64,000 nucleotides of DNA, taken from positions 1 through 64,000 of IMG/VR virus record IMGVR_UViG_3300037797_000149. The stretch is one strand, 5' to 3'. Numbering within the stretch: position 1 is the stretch's first letter; the number at the start of each line of letters is the position of its first letter. The notes beneath the pieces are model-generated. The model saw nothing but the letters and a program-made list of their open reading frames with translations. It was not told the DNA's origin and did not search any database. Positions 27,109 through 36,416 of this stretch are shown one piece after another. This stretch comes from a virus. Both the position numbers and the translations under genes were made by a program.

Positions 27109-27501
27109 ATGGCAGAGGACAAGTGCAAGACGGCCATCGACACGATCGCCAGGTACCTGGTGTACGTGTCTCCGCCGCTTCCCGGCCGGGCATGGCCATG
27201 GATGACCAACAAGATGATCAATGACATCGAGACACGCGTGCTCGAGATCTGCCGTGCGTCCAACCCTTCCGATGCCGCACTGGTGGCAGCCCTGGAATAC
27301 CTCGACGACCTCAGCGACGACGAAGGCCGGGAAGAAAAGACCGTGGCCGGCAACTGCGTCAAGATCGAAGTTCATGCCCACGGCCTGTCCGATAAAGCAT
27401 GGGACGCGTTGTTCGACCGTGTCGCGGACGCGGCGCACAAACTCGACGAAGAAGTCACATGCGGCGGCCAGGCCTGTACCGATTGCGTGGCCGCAGAATG
27501 A
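27109..27501 (+). CDS. hypothetical protein
   Basis: 130-aa ORF with RBS AGGAGAGGG. Confidence 0.55.
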   Translation: MAEDKCKTAIDTIARYLVYVSPPLPGRAWPWMTNKMINDIETRVLEICRASNPSDAALVAALEYLDDLSDDEGREEKTVAGNCVKIEVHAHGLSDKAWDALFDRVADAAHKLDEEVTCGGQACTDCVAAE

Positions 27502-27767
27502 CCACCGTCATCTTCGACGAGCTCGAAAATCTGCATGTCGTGAATGAGAACGACGATGGCGATCACATCGCCTGCGCTCATTGCGACCCCGATACGGCAT
27601 TGTGCGGCCAGGACGTTTCAGAATCCTCGTGGAACGAGACTCCGTACAAGCTCGGCGATTCGATTTGCGGCAAATGCTTCCACGTGTGGAATACCCAGAG
27701 CGCTTGTTGCAGTGATGAATGTGTGCTGTGCAATGCCATCCAAGACCAGCTGGAGGGACGATCATGA
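27498..27767 (+). CDS. Cys-rich hypothetical protein
   Basis: ATG 27498 (ATGA overlap) inside ORF 27399..27767. Multiple CxxC pairs. Confidence 0.5.
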   Translation: MTTVIFDELENLHVVNENDDGDHIACAHCDPDTALCGQDVSESSWNETPYKLGDSICGKCFHVWNTQSACCSDECVLCNAIQDQLEGRS

Positions 27768-27958
27768 ACATTGAGTACGAAGAACTGATGACGCCGGCCG
27801 AAGTGGCGCAGCTATACCGGGTCAGCCCAAAGACCGTGGCCAAATGGGACCGGGAGGGGCGGCTACCGAAGTCCATTCGCACACCTGGAGGACACCGGAG
27901 GTGGCCGGCCGCGAAGGTCCTGGCGCAGCGGGAGATGATGTCCAATGGAGACGGATAG
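27764..27958 (+). CDS. helix-turn-helix DNA-binding protein (excisionase/MerR-like)
   Basis: 'MTPAEVAQLYRVSPKTVAKWDREGRLP' is an HTH_17-type motif. ATG 27764 (ATGA overlap). Confidence 0.65.
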   Translation: MNIEYEELMTPAEVAQLYRVSPKTVAKWDREGRLPKSIRTPGGHRRWPAAKVLAQREMMSNGDG

Positions 27959-28220
27959 GGAAGCCGGAAAAGCCGTCTACGAGGGGAAACGCAATCTGAT
28001 ACGTCTTTTCAGTGACAGACCTCCACCCCCTCCGGCCTCGGAAGGCATCGACTACACAAAAGTTGAGATGGTCGAAGCCCAGCAAGGTGATCGCAGTGAT
28101 CTGCGAACGTCCAGGCAGCCCCGTACGTACCGGGTCAGATTCCTGACCGGCCTGCTGGCCGTGGTCGTGGTGATCGCATGGGATGTGTGGCTGACGCTGC
28201 GCGTCGAAGGGGTGCTGTGA
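27945..28220 (+). CDS. membrane protein
   Basis: 91 aa with C-terminal TM 'FLTGLLAVVVVIAWDVWL'. Confidence 0.5.
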   Translation: METDREAGKAVYEGKRNLIRLFSDRPPPPPASEGIDYTKVEMVEAQQGDRSDLRTSRQPRTYRVRFLTGLLAVVVVIAWDVWLTLRVEGVL

Positions 28221-28221
28221 G

Positions 28222-28437
28222 ATGTGGGTTGAGCGAAGAGAAATCGGCGGCGTGACTTGTGACGCCACGGATTGCGACGAGCGCTTCGATATTCCGTGGA
28301 CTAACCCTGTAGACGCCTATGGTCACATCAAGGAACTGGCCAGAGCGCAGGGCTGGACTTTCTGGAGAAACCGGATTTCCCGGCAGTACTGCCGTAGCCA
28401 CGGTCCGAAACGCGGTCACACGATGTGGGAGATCTAA
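28222..28437 (+). CDS. hypothetical protein
   Basis: 71-aa ORF. Confidence 0.5.
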   Translation: MWVERREIGGVTCDATDCDERFDIPWTNPVDAYGHIKELARAQGWTFWRNRISRQYCRSHGPKRGHTMWEI

Positions 28438-28438
28438 T

Positions 28439-28945
28439 ATGCGCAGAAAACCATGGCGAACCGGACGAAAGCTCGGGCGGACCCTTTACATCTGCAACGG
28501 CGAAACCCCCGGCGACGATGATCAGCTAGTCGGCATGATGGACACGCCTGAACTGGCTGATCGGGTAGTCGACGCCGTCAACCGAACGATGCCCAAGGAT
28601 GCGTCTGCGGGCGGCGCGGACGAAGTCTCCAAGACCATCTGGCGGGCCGCCAGTGTTCTCTGGAACGGTCTTGGAGATCTCGACCTTGACGACGACGATG
28701 TGAAAGTCCACGACACTCTGAGAGCCCTCTCTATGTGGATGTTCAGCATCGCTGAAACCCATATGGCCGACCCTTCTGATTACTGTGCGGGACGGGGGCA
28801 CGAGCTCCGGTGGCCTTTTGTCATGGCACATGATGACGACTTCAACGAATGCACGTCCTGGTGGTGTAAAACCGTTGGGCACGCTCTGAGCGTGTCCGAG
28901 GCTTTACTGCGCGAAACCGATGTAGAGCCCGAAAATGTCGGCTGA
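28439..28945 (+). CDS. hypothetical protein
   Basis: Internal ATG 28439 of ORF 28319..28945, directly after the upstream stop. Confidence 0.5.
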   Translation: MRRKPWRTGRKLGRTLYICNGETPGDDDQLVGMMDTPELADRVVDAVNRTMPKDASAGGADEVSKTIWRAASVLWNGLGDLDLDDDDVKVHDTLRALSMWMFSIAETHMADPSDYCAGRGHELRWPFVMAHDDDFNECTSWWCKTVGHALSVSEALLRETDVEPENVG

Positions 28946-29201
28946 ATTCCGGGTCGTCGCCGCGCTGGAAGACGGGAAGATCGCCTTCATCACCCGGGGG
29001 AAAGGCCAGCGCTACTTCTGGTGGGAGGGCGACGTGAAGAGGACGCTGGCCGACGTCGAATTCAAGGCGATGGAGAGCCTGCGCCGGCGAGGGCGGCTGG
29101 AGTTCGTGCACAACCACGGGCAATACGGAAACGGGAAAGTCCGCTTGCGCAGCCGTCAGGGAACATTGTTGAGGAGAATTGTCAATGGTCATGAGATATA
29201 A
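28935..29201 (+). CDS. hypothetical protein
   Basis: 88-aa ORF. Confidence 0.5.
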   Translation: MSAEFRVVAALEDGKIAFITRGKGQRYFWWEGDVKRTLADVEFKAMESLRRRGRLEFVHNHGQYGNGKVRLRSRQGTLLRRIVNGHEI

Positions 29202-29676
29202 GTCCCGCCCCAGCGAGATCGAGGCCGTCCGCTGGGACGGTTTCAATCTGGCAGAAGTCCAGATGTTCGGCGCCGACGTGTTCGTCGACCGCGGCGGAAC
29301 CCTGAAACTGAAGGCCGGCGCGGGTGGGTCCCAGGAGTACGTCCCGGTCCCATCCGGGCACTGGATCGCCCGGGACGCCAATGGGAAAGGCGACGACTAC
29401 TGGCCGATCCACCCGGACTATCTGGCGAGGAAGTACGCGGCGACCGGGGGTGGGGCCGCTTCGCGCGATTTGCAAGATCGTTACTACGAGTCGCTGCGTG
29501 GGCTGATAGTCCAAGTCAACCCTCCTGAACTGCGTGATCTCAGGCTGTGGCTGGGGCGCCGGATCGGGGCGCACATTGTGAACTCGAGATTGACCATCGA
29601 GGCTGTGGACAATGGCGGAATCCTCGTCCGGACGAAGCCTTACCTGAATAACGATCACCGTTCGGAGGAAGAATGA
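29185..29676 (+). CDS. hypothetical protein
   Basis: ORF 29179..29676; ATG 29185 lies 8 nt after GAGGAG. Confidence 0.5.
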   Translation: MVMRYKSRPSEIEAVRWDGFNLAEVQMFGADVFVDRGGTLKLKAGAGGSQEYVPVPSGHWIARDANGKGDDYWPIHPDYLARKYAATGGGAASRDLQDRYYESLRGLIVQVNPPELRDLRLWLGRRIGAHIVNSRLTIEAVDNGGILVRTKPYLNNDHRSEEE

Positions 29677-30035
29677 AAGACGTCCTGCTGAAGATGACCG
29701 AATCGGTCAAAGTAGCCCTAGAGGATCTAGAAGAAGACCCTAGCGTTGATCCCGCCATCGCGACCGAGCTGGAGTACCTATGGGGCGACCTCAGCTGGGC
29801 ACTGCGCGGAGCCATCAACGGTGTGTGGTCCCAGCAATGCGACAACCTCGTATGGCGGATCGTCCTGCTGACCCGGCACACCGGCCAGCCCACACCGTGG
29901 GGCGACGTCTCGATCGAGTTGCTGGAATCCGGGGTGTACCAGGCCCTGCACGACGCGATGGGCATTCCCGCCCCCGTGGACATGCAGAGGGTCGCGAAGA
30001 TCCGCGAGCATATCGACGAAGGACTGACGCCGTGA
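29673..30035 (+). CDS. hypothetical protein
   Basis: 120-aa ORF with an ATGA overlap. Confidence 0.55.
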   Translation: MKDVLLKMTESVKVALEDLEEDPSVDPAIATELEYLWGDLSWALRGAINGVWSQQCDNLVWRIVLLTRHTGQPTPWGDVSIELLESGVYQALHDAMGIPAPVDMQRVAKIREHIDEGLTP

Positions 30036-30286
30036 AAGACGTCCTGCCCTGGCTGCTGAGCATTGTCACGGTCACCATCATGTGGCTGGCCGGATCGAAG
30101 AACCCGACCGCCTGGGTACTGGGTTTGGCCGCGCAGGCGGGCTGGATCGCCTTCGCCCTGCTGTTCGAGGCGTGGGGGCTGCTGCCTCTGTCGTTCGTGC
30201 TCATCGTGGTGTACGCGAGAAACCTCCGGCGATGGCTGGAACCCACGACGGGAACAGGGTCAGACGTTGACATTCGTCAGAGCTGA
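30032..30286 (+). CDS. three-TM membrane protein
   Basis: GTG 30032 (GTGA overlap). Hydrophobic segments 'WLLSIVTVTIMWLA', 'WVLGLAAQAGWIAFALLF', 'LLPLSFVLIVVY'. Confidence 0.55.
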   Translation: MKDVLPWLLSIVTVTIMWLAGSKNPTAWVLGLAAQAGWIAFALLFEAWGLLPLSFVLIVVYARNLRRWLEPTTGTGSDVDIRQS

Positions 30287-30503
30287 CTACGACAAGCCGC
30301 ACCGCTGTTCCTGCTGCTGGAGGGTCGGCGAACGGGGACTGCTCGGCGTATACCGGTGTGGGCAATGCAGCCTGCGCTGGCACCCCGTCTGGCAGATGCG
30401 GCAAGGCTTGAAAGAACTCAGCGACTCGTGCCGGGCTTACGCAGCATGCTCCGACGGGCGAATGCACAGATACGGACCGAAATCACGGGAAGAGGGGTGC
30501 TAG
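30267..30503 (+). CDS. Cys-rich hypothetical protein
   Basis: Only a TTG start is available downstream of the membrane-protein frame. Contains 'CSCC...CGQC'. Confidence 0.3.
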   Translation: MTFVRADYDKPHRCSCCWRVGERGLLGVYRCGQCSLRWHPVWQMRQGLKELSDSCRAYAACSDGRMHRYGPKSREEGC

Positions 30504-30506
30504 ATC

Positions 30507-30776
30507 ATGCGCATCACTGAAACCTACGACCGAGTGAGGGCTACGGCCAGGCGCCGTGTCGTGTGCGATGTGTGCGGGCAGAAGCGCTACATTCAGCGCA
30601 CCTTCACCGCCACTGTCAACCCGTTCAACCGCAATGTGGACGGGACGCCTCGATCCGCCGGGCAAGTGCAGTCTGTGGTCAACGCGCAAGCCCGAGACTG
30701 GGAGCCGGACGAGAACGAACGGGTGCACGAGAAATGCTTCCAGGGGTATCCCTGGCTGGATTCTCAAACCACATAA
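30507..30776 (+). CDS. hypothetical protein
   Basis: 89-aa ORF containing 'CDVCG'. Last gene before the terminator. Confidence 0.55.
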   Translation: MRITETYDRVRATARRRVVCDVCGQKRYIQRTFTATVNPFNRNVDGTPRSAGQVQSVVNAQARDWEPDENERVHEKCFQGYPWLDSQTT

Positions 30777-30791
30777 TGAGGCAGGACTAGC

Positions 30792-30823
30792 GCAGCCCCC
30801 AGGTAGTACGACCTGGGGGCTGC
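30792..30823. terminator. bidirectional rho-independent terminator
   Basis: 13-bp perfect stem gcagcccccaggt / acctgggggctgc with a 6-nt loop, between convergent genes. Confidence 0.7.
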
Positions 30824-30907
30824 TGCCACGACGGCACGACCTGGAGAAGGTGCTTGGACAACCCCCGGAGTGCGTTCGACGCCAAGGCTATCAGTTCCGC
30901 CGGCGGT

Positions 30908-31216
30908 TTATTCGTCCTTGCCGAACGCCTGACCTCGGGCATGGCGCAGCACCCGGATTAGTTTGTTGACATAGTAACGATCGAGAGTGCAGAACAGGCC
31001 TGTGGCCAGTTCTTTCGTGTCGTCATCCCATTCCCGGACCAACTCGGCCAGCGGCAGCGTGATGTTTCCCTGTCCCGGCCGGGTCGTGGACCCGATTTGG
31101 ATGTGCCCCGTATCCCGGCCCCAGTTGACCTCAAGGATGAATTGCGCATCGGGGGTGTAGATCAGTTCTTTCGGCATCTCGCCATCTCCCATCTTGGGGG
31201 TTTGTTCATACGTCAT
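30908..31216 (-). CDS. hypothetical protein (lone leftward gene)
   Basis: ORF 30908..31300 trimmed to ATG 31216. Divergent from the helicase promoter. Confidence 0.45.
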   Translation of the reverse strand: MTYEQTPKMGDGEMPKELIYTPDAQFILEVNWGRDTGHIQIGSTTRPGQGNITLPLAELVREWDDDTKELATGLFCTLDRYYVNKLIRVLRHARGQAFGKDE

Positions 31217-31251
31217 CGAAGATACCGGCAATCTGAAACGACGCAAATCAT

Positions 31252-31281
31252 GCGACACGATCACATCGAGTCTGGTACAAT
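31252..31281 (+). promoter_or_regulatory. promoter, conserved family (GCGACA-18-TGgTACAAT)
   Basis: The plus strand reads gcgacacgatcacatcgagtcTGGTACAAT, 39 nt upstream of ATG 31320. Confidence 0.6.
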
Positions 31282-31319
31282 CGAAGTTCCCTGAAACCAC
31301 CGCCGGACGGAGGAAGCAT

Positions 31320-32648
31320 ATGGCGATGATCGCATTCGACGACCTCTCCCCACAGCAGCGTGAGGCGGTAGAGAAGGTCTCAACATGGTGGAAGAGCGCC
31401 GGGGCGCTTCGTGGCGTCGGCGAAATGCCGGGAATGCCCGGTTCTCAGACGTTCTACCTGGCAGGATTCGCCGGGACCGGCAAAACCTCGATCGCCCAGA
31501 CCATCGTGTCCTACCTAGGACTGAGTGAGCACGAGGTCATCTACTCCGCCTTCACCGGCAAGGCGTGCCACGTGCTGCGAACCAAGGGATGCCGTCCGGT
31601 CACCACCCTGCACAGCCTGATCTATACCCCGGTGGACAAGTTCAGGGCTTTCGCCGAAACCGAGACCCTCGAGGCCGAGCTCGAAAACGGTGTGACGTCA
31701 CAGCGCCAAGCGCTGATCGAGAAAAGACTGGGCGAACTGCACGAGGAGATGGACGCCCCCGGCTGGATCCTGAATCCCACCTCCGACCTGGCCCGGGCGA
31801 AACTCCTGGTGGTCGACGAAGTGTCCATGGTGAACGAGCGCCTGGCGGCCGATCTGCTCAGCTTCAAAGTCCCCGTCCTGGTGCTCGGCGATCCCGCCCA
31901 GCTCCCGCCGGTGGCCGGCAACGGATACTTCACCAGTTCCGATCCTGACATGATGCTCACCCAGATCCACCGTTACGCCCTTGAGTCCCCGATCACCTCC
32001 ATCGCCACCACCGTGCGGACCCACACCGGGGGGCTGGAGACGGTCACCGGTCTGGTGGAGTCCCCCGACGGGTCCAAACCTCCCAGCGGACGGTGGCACA
32101 AGCCGCTGACCGCCGCACAGGCGGCGCGTTTCGACGTGGTGCTGTGCTGGCGCAACGACACCCGCTGGCACCTGACGAGGAAACTGAGGGCGCAGCGCGG
32201 GTACAAAGGCGGTCTGCCAAACGTCGGGGAGAAGATCATTGTGCTGACCAACAATCGCGATCTCGCGGTGTACAACGGACAGATCTTCACCGTGCAGCGC
32301 CTGGACAGCCGGACTCGCGGTTCGGACCGGAACGGGTTCACCGCCAAAGTCAGCGACGACGAGGGAGGCGTGCGGACTCTGCCTCTGGTCACCGGGGGAT
32401 TCGCCAATAAGAAGACCCAGGAGGACACCGAGCGCAGGTCGCGGTTTCAGCGCACCGCCGCCGTGGCCACGTTCGCCCATGTGATCACCGTGCATAAATT
32501 TCAGGGTTCGGAAGAATCGAAGATCCTGGTCATCGACGAATCAGCGGGCGTGGCCCGGGCCGGCGGGGCAGATCAGGCACGGCAATGGGGGTACACCGCC
32601 ATTACAAGAGCGTCAACTCAGGCGATCATCACGTCAGGAATTGTGTGA
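31320..32648 (+). CDS. RecD/Dda/Pif1-like SF1 DNA helicase
   Basis: Walker A 'GFAGTGKTS', Walker B 'LLVVDEVSM', 'LGDPAQLPPV' and C-terminal 'VHKFQGSE'. Confidence 0.8.
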   Translation: MAMIAFDDLSPQQREAVEKVSTWWKSAGALRGVGEMPGMPGSQTFYLAGFAGTGKTSIAQTIVSYLGLSEHEVIYSAFTGKACHVLRTKGCRPVTTLHSLIYTPVDKFRAFAETETLEAELENGVTSQRQALIEKRLGELHEEMDAPGWILNPTSDLARAKLLVVDEVSMVNERLAADLLSFKVPVLVLGDPAQLPPVAGNGYFTSSDPDMMLTQIHRYALESPITSIATTVRTHTGGLETVTGLVESPDGSKPPSGRWHKPLTAAQAARFDVVLCWRNDTRWHLTRKLRAQRGYKGGLPNVGEKIIVLTNNRDLAVYNGQIFTVQRLDSRTRGSDRNGFTAKVSDDEGGVRTLPLVTGGFANKKTQEDTERRSRFQRTAAVATFAHVITVHKFQGSEESKILVIDESAGVARAGGADQARQWGYTAITRASTQAIITSGIV

Positions 32649-32659
32649 GAGGAGACGAT

Positions 32660-33079
32660 ATGAAACTCGACGACATCATCGACCGAATGGGAAATCTGCC
32701 GTCCAGTGACGCCTCGAAGATCATCCAAGACGAACTGGACGGGTCTACGACTCGGCTGGGCCGCATCGCGTTCCGGCAACATTTCGGCCGTCGCGTGGCC
32801 AATCTGCTGGAAGACGAGGGGCTTCTGATCGTCACAACATTCAGGACCCCCTCCGATCGCGACCTGCGCATGATGCGGCAACGCTGCAGGACGCTATTGC
32901 TGAAAGTCGCGCAAGGCGACCGAATCGAGAACACTGATATTGAGCGCCTCGCCACCGATCTGACAGAGGTCGTCGACGAACTTCAGCGTGAACGGCAGCG
33001 TCTGCGCACCCTGGCGATCACCGATTCTCGAGAATTTGAGCAGCTGCGCGACCGGATCGCCGAACTGGAGAAGACGTGA
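32660..33079 (+). CDS. hypothetical protein (C-terminal coiled coil)
   Basis: ATG 32660 with GAGAGGAG upstream. Confidence 0.5.
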   Translation: MKLDDIIDRMGNLPSSDASKIIQDELDGSTTRLGRIAFRQHFGRRVANLLEDEGLLIVTTFRTPSDRDLRMMRQRCRTLLLKVAQGDRIENTDIERLATDLTEVVDELQRERQRLRTLAITDSREFEQLRDRIAELEKT

Positions 33080-33252
33080 GCCAGGAGAGCGAGAAGAAAT
33101 CCCGGCTTCAGAAGATCGACGAGAAGGACATCCCGAAAGCGAAAAAACGCATGGAATCCGGACGGCAGAGTTACCGGCTCAAGCCCGGCAAGTCCCGGCG
33201 CATCCTGGGCAGGATCGTCTACAACGCCGACGAAAAGAGGAAGAAACGATGA
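33076..33252 (+). CDS. small basic protein (58 aa)
   Basis: GTG 33076 (GTGA overlap) and TGA 33250-33252, which overlaps the next ATG. Lys/Arg-rich. Confidence 0.4.
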   Translation: MSQESEKKSRLQKIDEKDIPKAKKRMESGRQSYRLKPGKSRRILGRIVYNADEKRKKR

Positions 33253-33518
33253 CCAACGACAACGATCAACTCCTTTTAAACCTCACCGACGAACTCATGG
33301 ACTGGTACGGGCGAGTCGCAGACGCCGCCTGGGCGACAGTGGTCGAGCAGGCTCCCGGAATAGCCGAGAAGATCTCCGAAGAGGAACTGGAGGTCCTGCG
33401 TAATCACGCCATCGCCACCGTGGCATTCGTCTTCGAGAACCTGCTCAAAATCGACGCCCCGGCCACCGAAGGACTGATCCGGAAAATACTGAATGTGGGT
33501 GACGACGATGTCTCCTGA
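33249..33518 (+). CDS. hypothetical protein
   Basis: ATG 33249 internal to ORF 32988..33518 (ATGA overlap). Confidence 0.5.
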   Translation: MTNDNDQLLLNLTDELMDWYGRVADAAWATVVEQAPGIAEKISEEELEVLRNHAIATVAFVFENLLKIDAPATEGLIRKILNVGDDDVS

Positions 33519-34248
33519 TAACGATCGAACCCACTCAAGGTGGGCCAGACCCCACATGACCATCGGCGGCACCGTGATCCTCGAGGGCATCGTCGGATCG
33601 CACGCCTATGGTCTGGAGCGAGAGGATAGCGACTCCGACTTCCAGGGAGTGTTCGTCGCCCCCACGCTAGAAGTGGCCGGTCTGCACTGGCGAGCCGGCC
33701 GCGAGAGCGTGCACAAGGCCACTGAGAACGAGGACTTCACCTACCACGAGGTGGGCAAGTTCCTGCGGCTCGCACTGAAGTGCAACCCGACCGTCCTGGA
33801 ACTGCTGTGGCTGGACCACTACACCACGATCACAATCCACGGCCGGAAACTGCTCTCATTGCGCGAGGCGTTCCTCTCACGTGACGCGGTGCGCAACTCC
33901 TATCTCGGGTATGCCCGATCGCAGAACCTGAAATTGCGGGCGAAGGCAGATGTCGGCCACCCGCGGCAGGCCAAGATGGGCCGCCACATGCTGCGCCTGC
34001 TGCGGCAGGGCCGCCTGCTCGCGCAGACCGGCCAGATGCACCTGAAGGTCGGGGACCCGCAAGAGTACTTCGACTTCGACGACATGTCAGTGCGCGACAT
34101 GCTCGAGATTTACTCACGGGAGATCATGCAGACGCACGAGGCGTTCGAAAAGGGCAACGCGGCCTTGCCGGACAAGCCCGATCTGGAGGAAGTGGAACTG
34201 GCGCTGGACGGTTTCCGGCGCACATTCACCAGGAGAGGTGTGGGATGA
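33508..34248 (+). CDS. nucleotidyltransferase (Pol-beta superfamily, RlaP/PF10127-like)
   Basis: 'GIVGSHAYGLEREDSDSDFQGVFV' fits GSx(n)D.D, and the helical C-terminal half is typical of this family. Confidence 0.65.
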   Translation: MSPDNDRTHSRWARPHMTIGGTVILEGIVGSHAYGLEREDSDSDFQGVFVAPTLEVAGLHWRAGRESVHKATENEDFTYHEVGKFLRLALKCNPTVLELLWLDHYTTITIHGRKLLSLREAFLSRDAVRNSYLGYARSQNLKLRAKADVGHPRQAKMGRHMLRLLRQGRLLAQTGQMHLKVGDPQEYFDFDDMSVRDMLEIYSREIMQTHEAFEKGNAALPDKPDLEEVELALDGFRRTFTRRGVG

Positions 34249-34463
34249 CCTTCCCGAGAGTCATCTTTTACGACGACACCCGAGGCCAGATCATCTTTGA
34301 GACACGGGGCCACCAAATCATCGTCCCGCCGGTAGGTTCATCGGTGCGTTGCCCCCGAGGGGAAACCTATGAGGTCAAAAGACTGGAATTCACCTATGTG
34401 GAGTGGTCCAATTTTATGCTTTCGCAAGTAACCGTCACCATACGCAACCGGAAAAAGAGGTGA
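34245..34463 (+). CDS. hypothetical protein
   Basis: 72-aa ORF with an ATGA overlap. Confidence 0.5.
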   Translation: MTFPRVIFYDDTRGQIIFETRGHQIIVPPVGSSVRCPRGETYEVKRLEFTYVEWSNFMLSQVTVTIRNRKKR

Positions 34464-34468
34464 CGAAC

Positions 34469-34696
34469 ATGACCAGTTTTCTGCGGCGCCTCCGATTCAA
34501 GAGACGCCTGCGCCTTCTGAACCGGCGCTACCTGAATCCGCAGGGCCTCGAACTGCACCTCATTGAGATCTTGGACGATGAACGCCTCTCAGTGCGCAGA
34601 GACTGTGCGTTCTGCGGTCGTGAACGCTCAACCTCGGACGACAACCACAGCGACGACTGCCCCTACTGGGACTACTTCAGAGGAACTCAACTATGA
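34469..34696 (+). CDS. hypothetical protein
   Basis: ATG 34469 with AAGAGG upstream; internal to ORF 34403..34696. Confidence 0.5.
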   Translation: MTSFLRRLRFKRRLRLLNRRYLNPQGLELHLIEILDDERLSVRRDCAFCGRERSTSDDNHSDDCPYWDYFRGTQL

Positions 34697-34878
34697 CCAT
34701 CTGGAACTGGGCCGGCATCGCGATACTACTGATCTTTTTGGCCGGGGTCACCTGGGTGGCCAAACGGGACCCTGAGATCCGGGACGTGGTCAAATTCTTC
34801 CTATTCCTTCTGGTCGGAGCGGCTATAGGTGCGGCAGTAGTCCTCGGGATCGCCCTGGCGATAGGAAGATTGCCATGA
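34693..34878 (+). CDS. small two-TM membrane protein
   Basis: 61 aa: 'WAGIAILLIFLAGVTWV' and 'FFLFLLVGAAIGAAVVLGIALAI'. Confidence 0.55.
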   Translation: MTIWNWAGIAILLIFLAGVTWVAKRDPEIRDVVKFFLFLLVGAAIGAAVVLGIALAIGRLP

Positions 34879-35045
34879 CCCAGGAACAGAGCGATCTGGC
34901 ATGCGGGGACGTGTTCACCGCCCGCCGGCACGGGATCGTGTGGACCTACACCTGCGTACTGACCGCCGGGCACGCCGGCCTGTGCCAAGACCACGCCGGC
35001 ATCCAGTGGATCGGGGCACACCGGATTAAAGAGAGGGACTCGTGA
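34875..35045 (+). CDS. hypothetical small protein (56 aa)
   Basis: ATG 34875 (ATGA overlap); the stop overlaps GTG 35042. Not in the ORF track because of its size. Confidence 0.45.
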   Translation: MTQEQSDLACGDVFTARRHGIVWTYTCVLTAGHAGLCQDHAGIQWIGAHRIKERDS

Positions 35046-35263
35046 AACGACTTCTCGACACTTTCAGAAAGCTCATCGACGTCGTCATGGCCGTCCTGCT
35101 GGTGCTCGGCATACTCACGATGATTTCCGGGATCCTCTACGACAACCGGGAGAGCGCGATGCTGGGCCTGGTCACCGTGCTCTACTGGCACGTCTACGAC
35201 CTGCGGAAATCATTGAGAAGCCTGACCGCCAGAATGGATGAAACTCGCGAGGTGCGATCGTGA
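35042..35263 (+). CDS. small membrane protein
   Basis: 73 aa: 'VVMAVLLVLGILTMISGILY' and 'LGLVTVLYWHVY'. Confidence 0.55.
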   Translation: MKRLLDTFRKLIDVVMAVLLVLGILTMISGILYDNRESAMLGLVTVLYWHVYDLRKSLRSLTARMDETREVRS

Positions 35264-35547
35264 CCCGCCGGCTCGACATGATTCGTATCGAATGCTCCGG
35301 ACACTCAGCAGTGCTGTCCACGCTTCTGCTCGAGAGCCTGCAAACGGACCTGCCCGTGCCCTGTCCGGCGGCCGGATGCCATCACACGCTCGGAACGGCT
35401 GAGAGGATCCTAGCCGCCGCCGAGAAGATGCAGCGTGAAGCGGGAGACCAGGCGAAGCGGAACCGCGAGGAACACCGGCAGAGAGACGAACTGGACGAGG
35501 CGATCCGCCTCTCCGAACGGCGACAGGCGCTGGAAGGGGAGTTGTGA
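35260..35547 (+). CDS. hypothetical protein
   Basis: 95-aa ORF with a GTGA overlap. Confidence 0.5.
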   Translation: MTRRLDMIRIECSGHSAVLSTLLLESLQTDLPVPCPAAGCHHTLGTAERILAAAEKMQREAGDQAKRNREEHRQRDELDEAIRLSERRQALEGEL

Positions 35548-36017
35548 TTGCAGCCGGCAAACCCGAAGCCGCCCTGTTCGACATGGACGGCACGCTGTGC
35601 GACGTCTCCTCGATCAGACATCACGTCATGGGCAAAAGCAAGAACTTCGACGCCTTCCACGCCGCGGCCATCGATTGCCCGCCGGTTGCTCTGACGCTCG
35701 AGCACTACCACCGGCAGGTCGAGCTCGGGCGGGAGATCGTCATCGTCACCGCCCGCAAGAAGAAGTGGCAATACCAGACGATCTGGTGGACGCTGCTCAA
35801 CGACATCGAATACGCGGGCATGTGGATGCGCGAGAATCACGACGGCCGGCCGGACTACGAAGTCAAGGCCGGCCTGCTCGCCCGTATCAGGACCGTGTTC
35901 ACTCCGGTGATCGCCTTCGACGACAATCCGAAGGTGATACGGCTGTGGGAGGAGAACGGCATCGAGACCATCGCCATCCCCGGCTGGGACCACGACTACG
36001 ACGCTCAGAAGAGGTAA
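35544..36017 (+). CDS. HAD-superfamily phosphatase (polynucleotide 3'-phosphatase / nucleotidase-like)
   Basis: 'LFDMDGTL' (DxDxT motif I), 'VIVTAR' (motif II) and 'FDDN' (motif IV). Confidence 0.7.
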   Translation: MIAAGKPEAALFDMDGTLCDVSSIRHHVMGKSKNFDAFHAAAIDCPPVALTLEHYHRQVELGREIVIVTARKKKWQYQTIWWTLLNDIEYAGMWMRENHDGRPDYEVKAGLLARIRTVFTPVIAFDDNPKVIRLWEENGIETIAIPGWDHDYDAQKR

Positions 36018-36023
36018 GGCGAC

Positions 36024-36323
36024 ATGACCGTCACCCGAGGGTTCGTCTTCATCCCCCCACACGTGCTCACCCCGCCCCGCGATGGGCTGAACTGGGTCTT
36101 CCGTGACCGGTTCTGGATGTACGCCAAAGGCAAAGGGCTGGCATTCTGGCGGAACGGAAAACACTTTGCCCCGCAGTGCAATGCGAGCAGGTCGATCGTT
36201 GAACAGTTGGTCAGTGAGATCGGGACAGAGGGCGCCACGGTCGTCTATCAGTCCTTCATCTGCGTCAAGACGGACAGCGAAGGACGCCTCTACCTTCCAG
36301 AGAAGGAATTGAGGGGCAGCTGA
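36024..36323 (+). CDS. hypothetical protein
   Basis: 99-aa ORF. Last gene of the rightward block; a terminator follows. Confidence 0.55.
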   Translation: MTVTRGFVFIPPHVLTPPRDGLNWVFRDRFWMYAKGKGLAFWRNGKHFAPQCNASRSIVEQLVSEIGTEGATVVYQSFICVKTDSEGRLYLPEKELRGS

Positions 36324-36326
36324 TCC

Positions 36327-36364
36327 GGGAGATGCGCTCGAGTCCGGACACGAGCGCATCTCCC
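36327..36364 (+). terminator. rho-independent terminator
   Basis: 14-bp perfect stem gggagatgcgctcg / cgagcgcatctccc with a 10-nt loop, 4 nt after the stop. Confidence 0.7.
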
Positions 36365-36416
36365 TAGGATTGGTTGGCAGCCCTACCGACGAACTCCCCA
36401 CAACATGGGGACGCCG

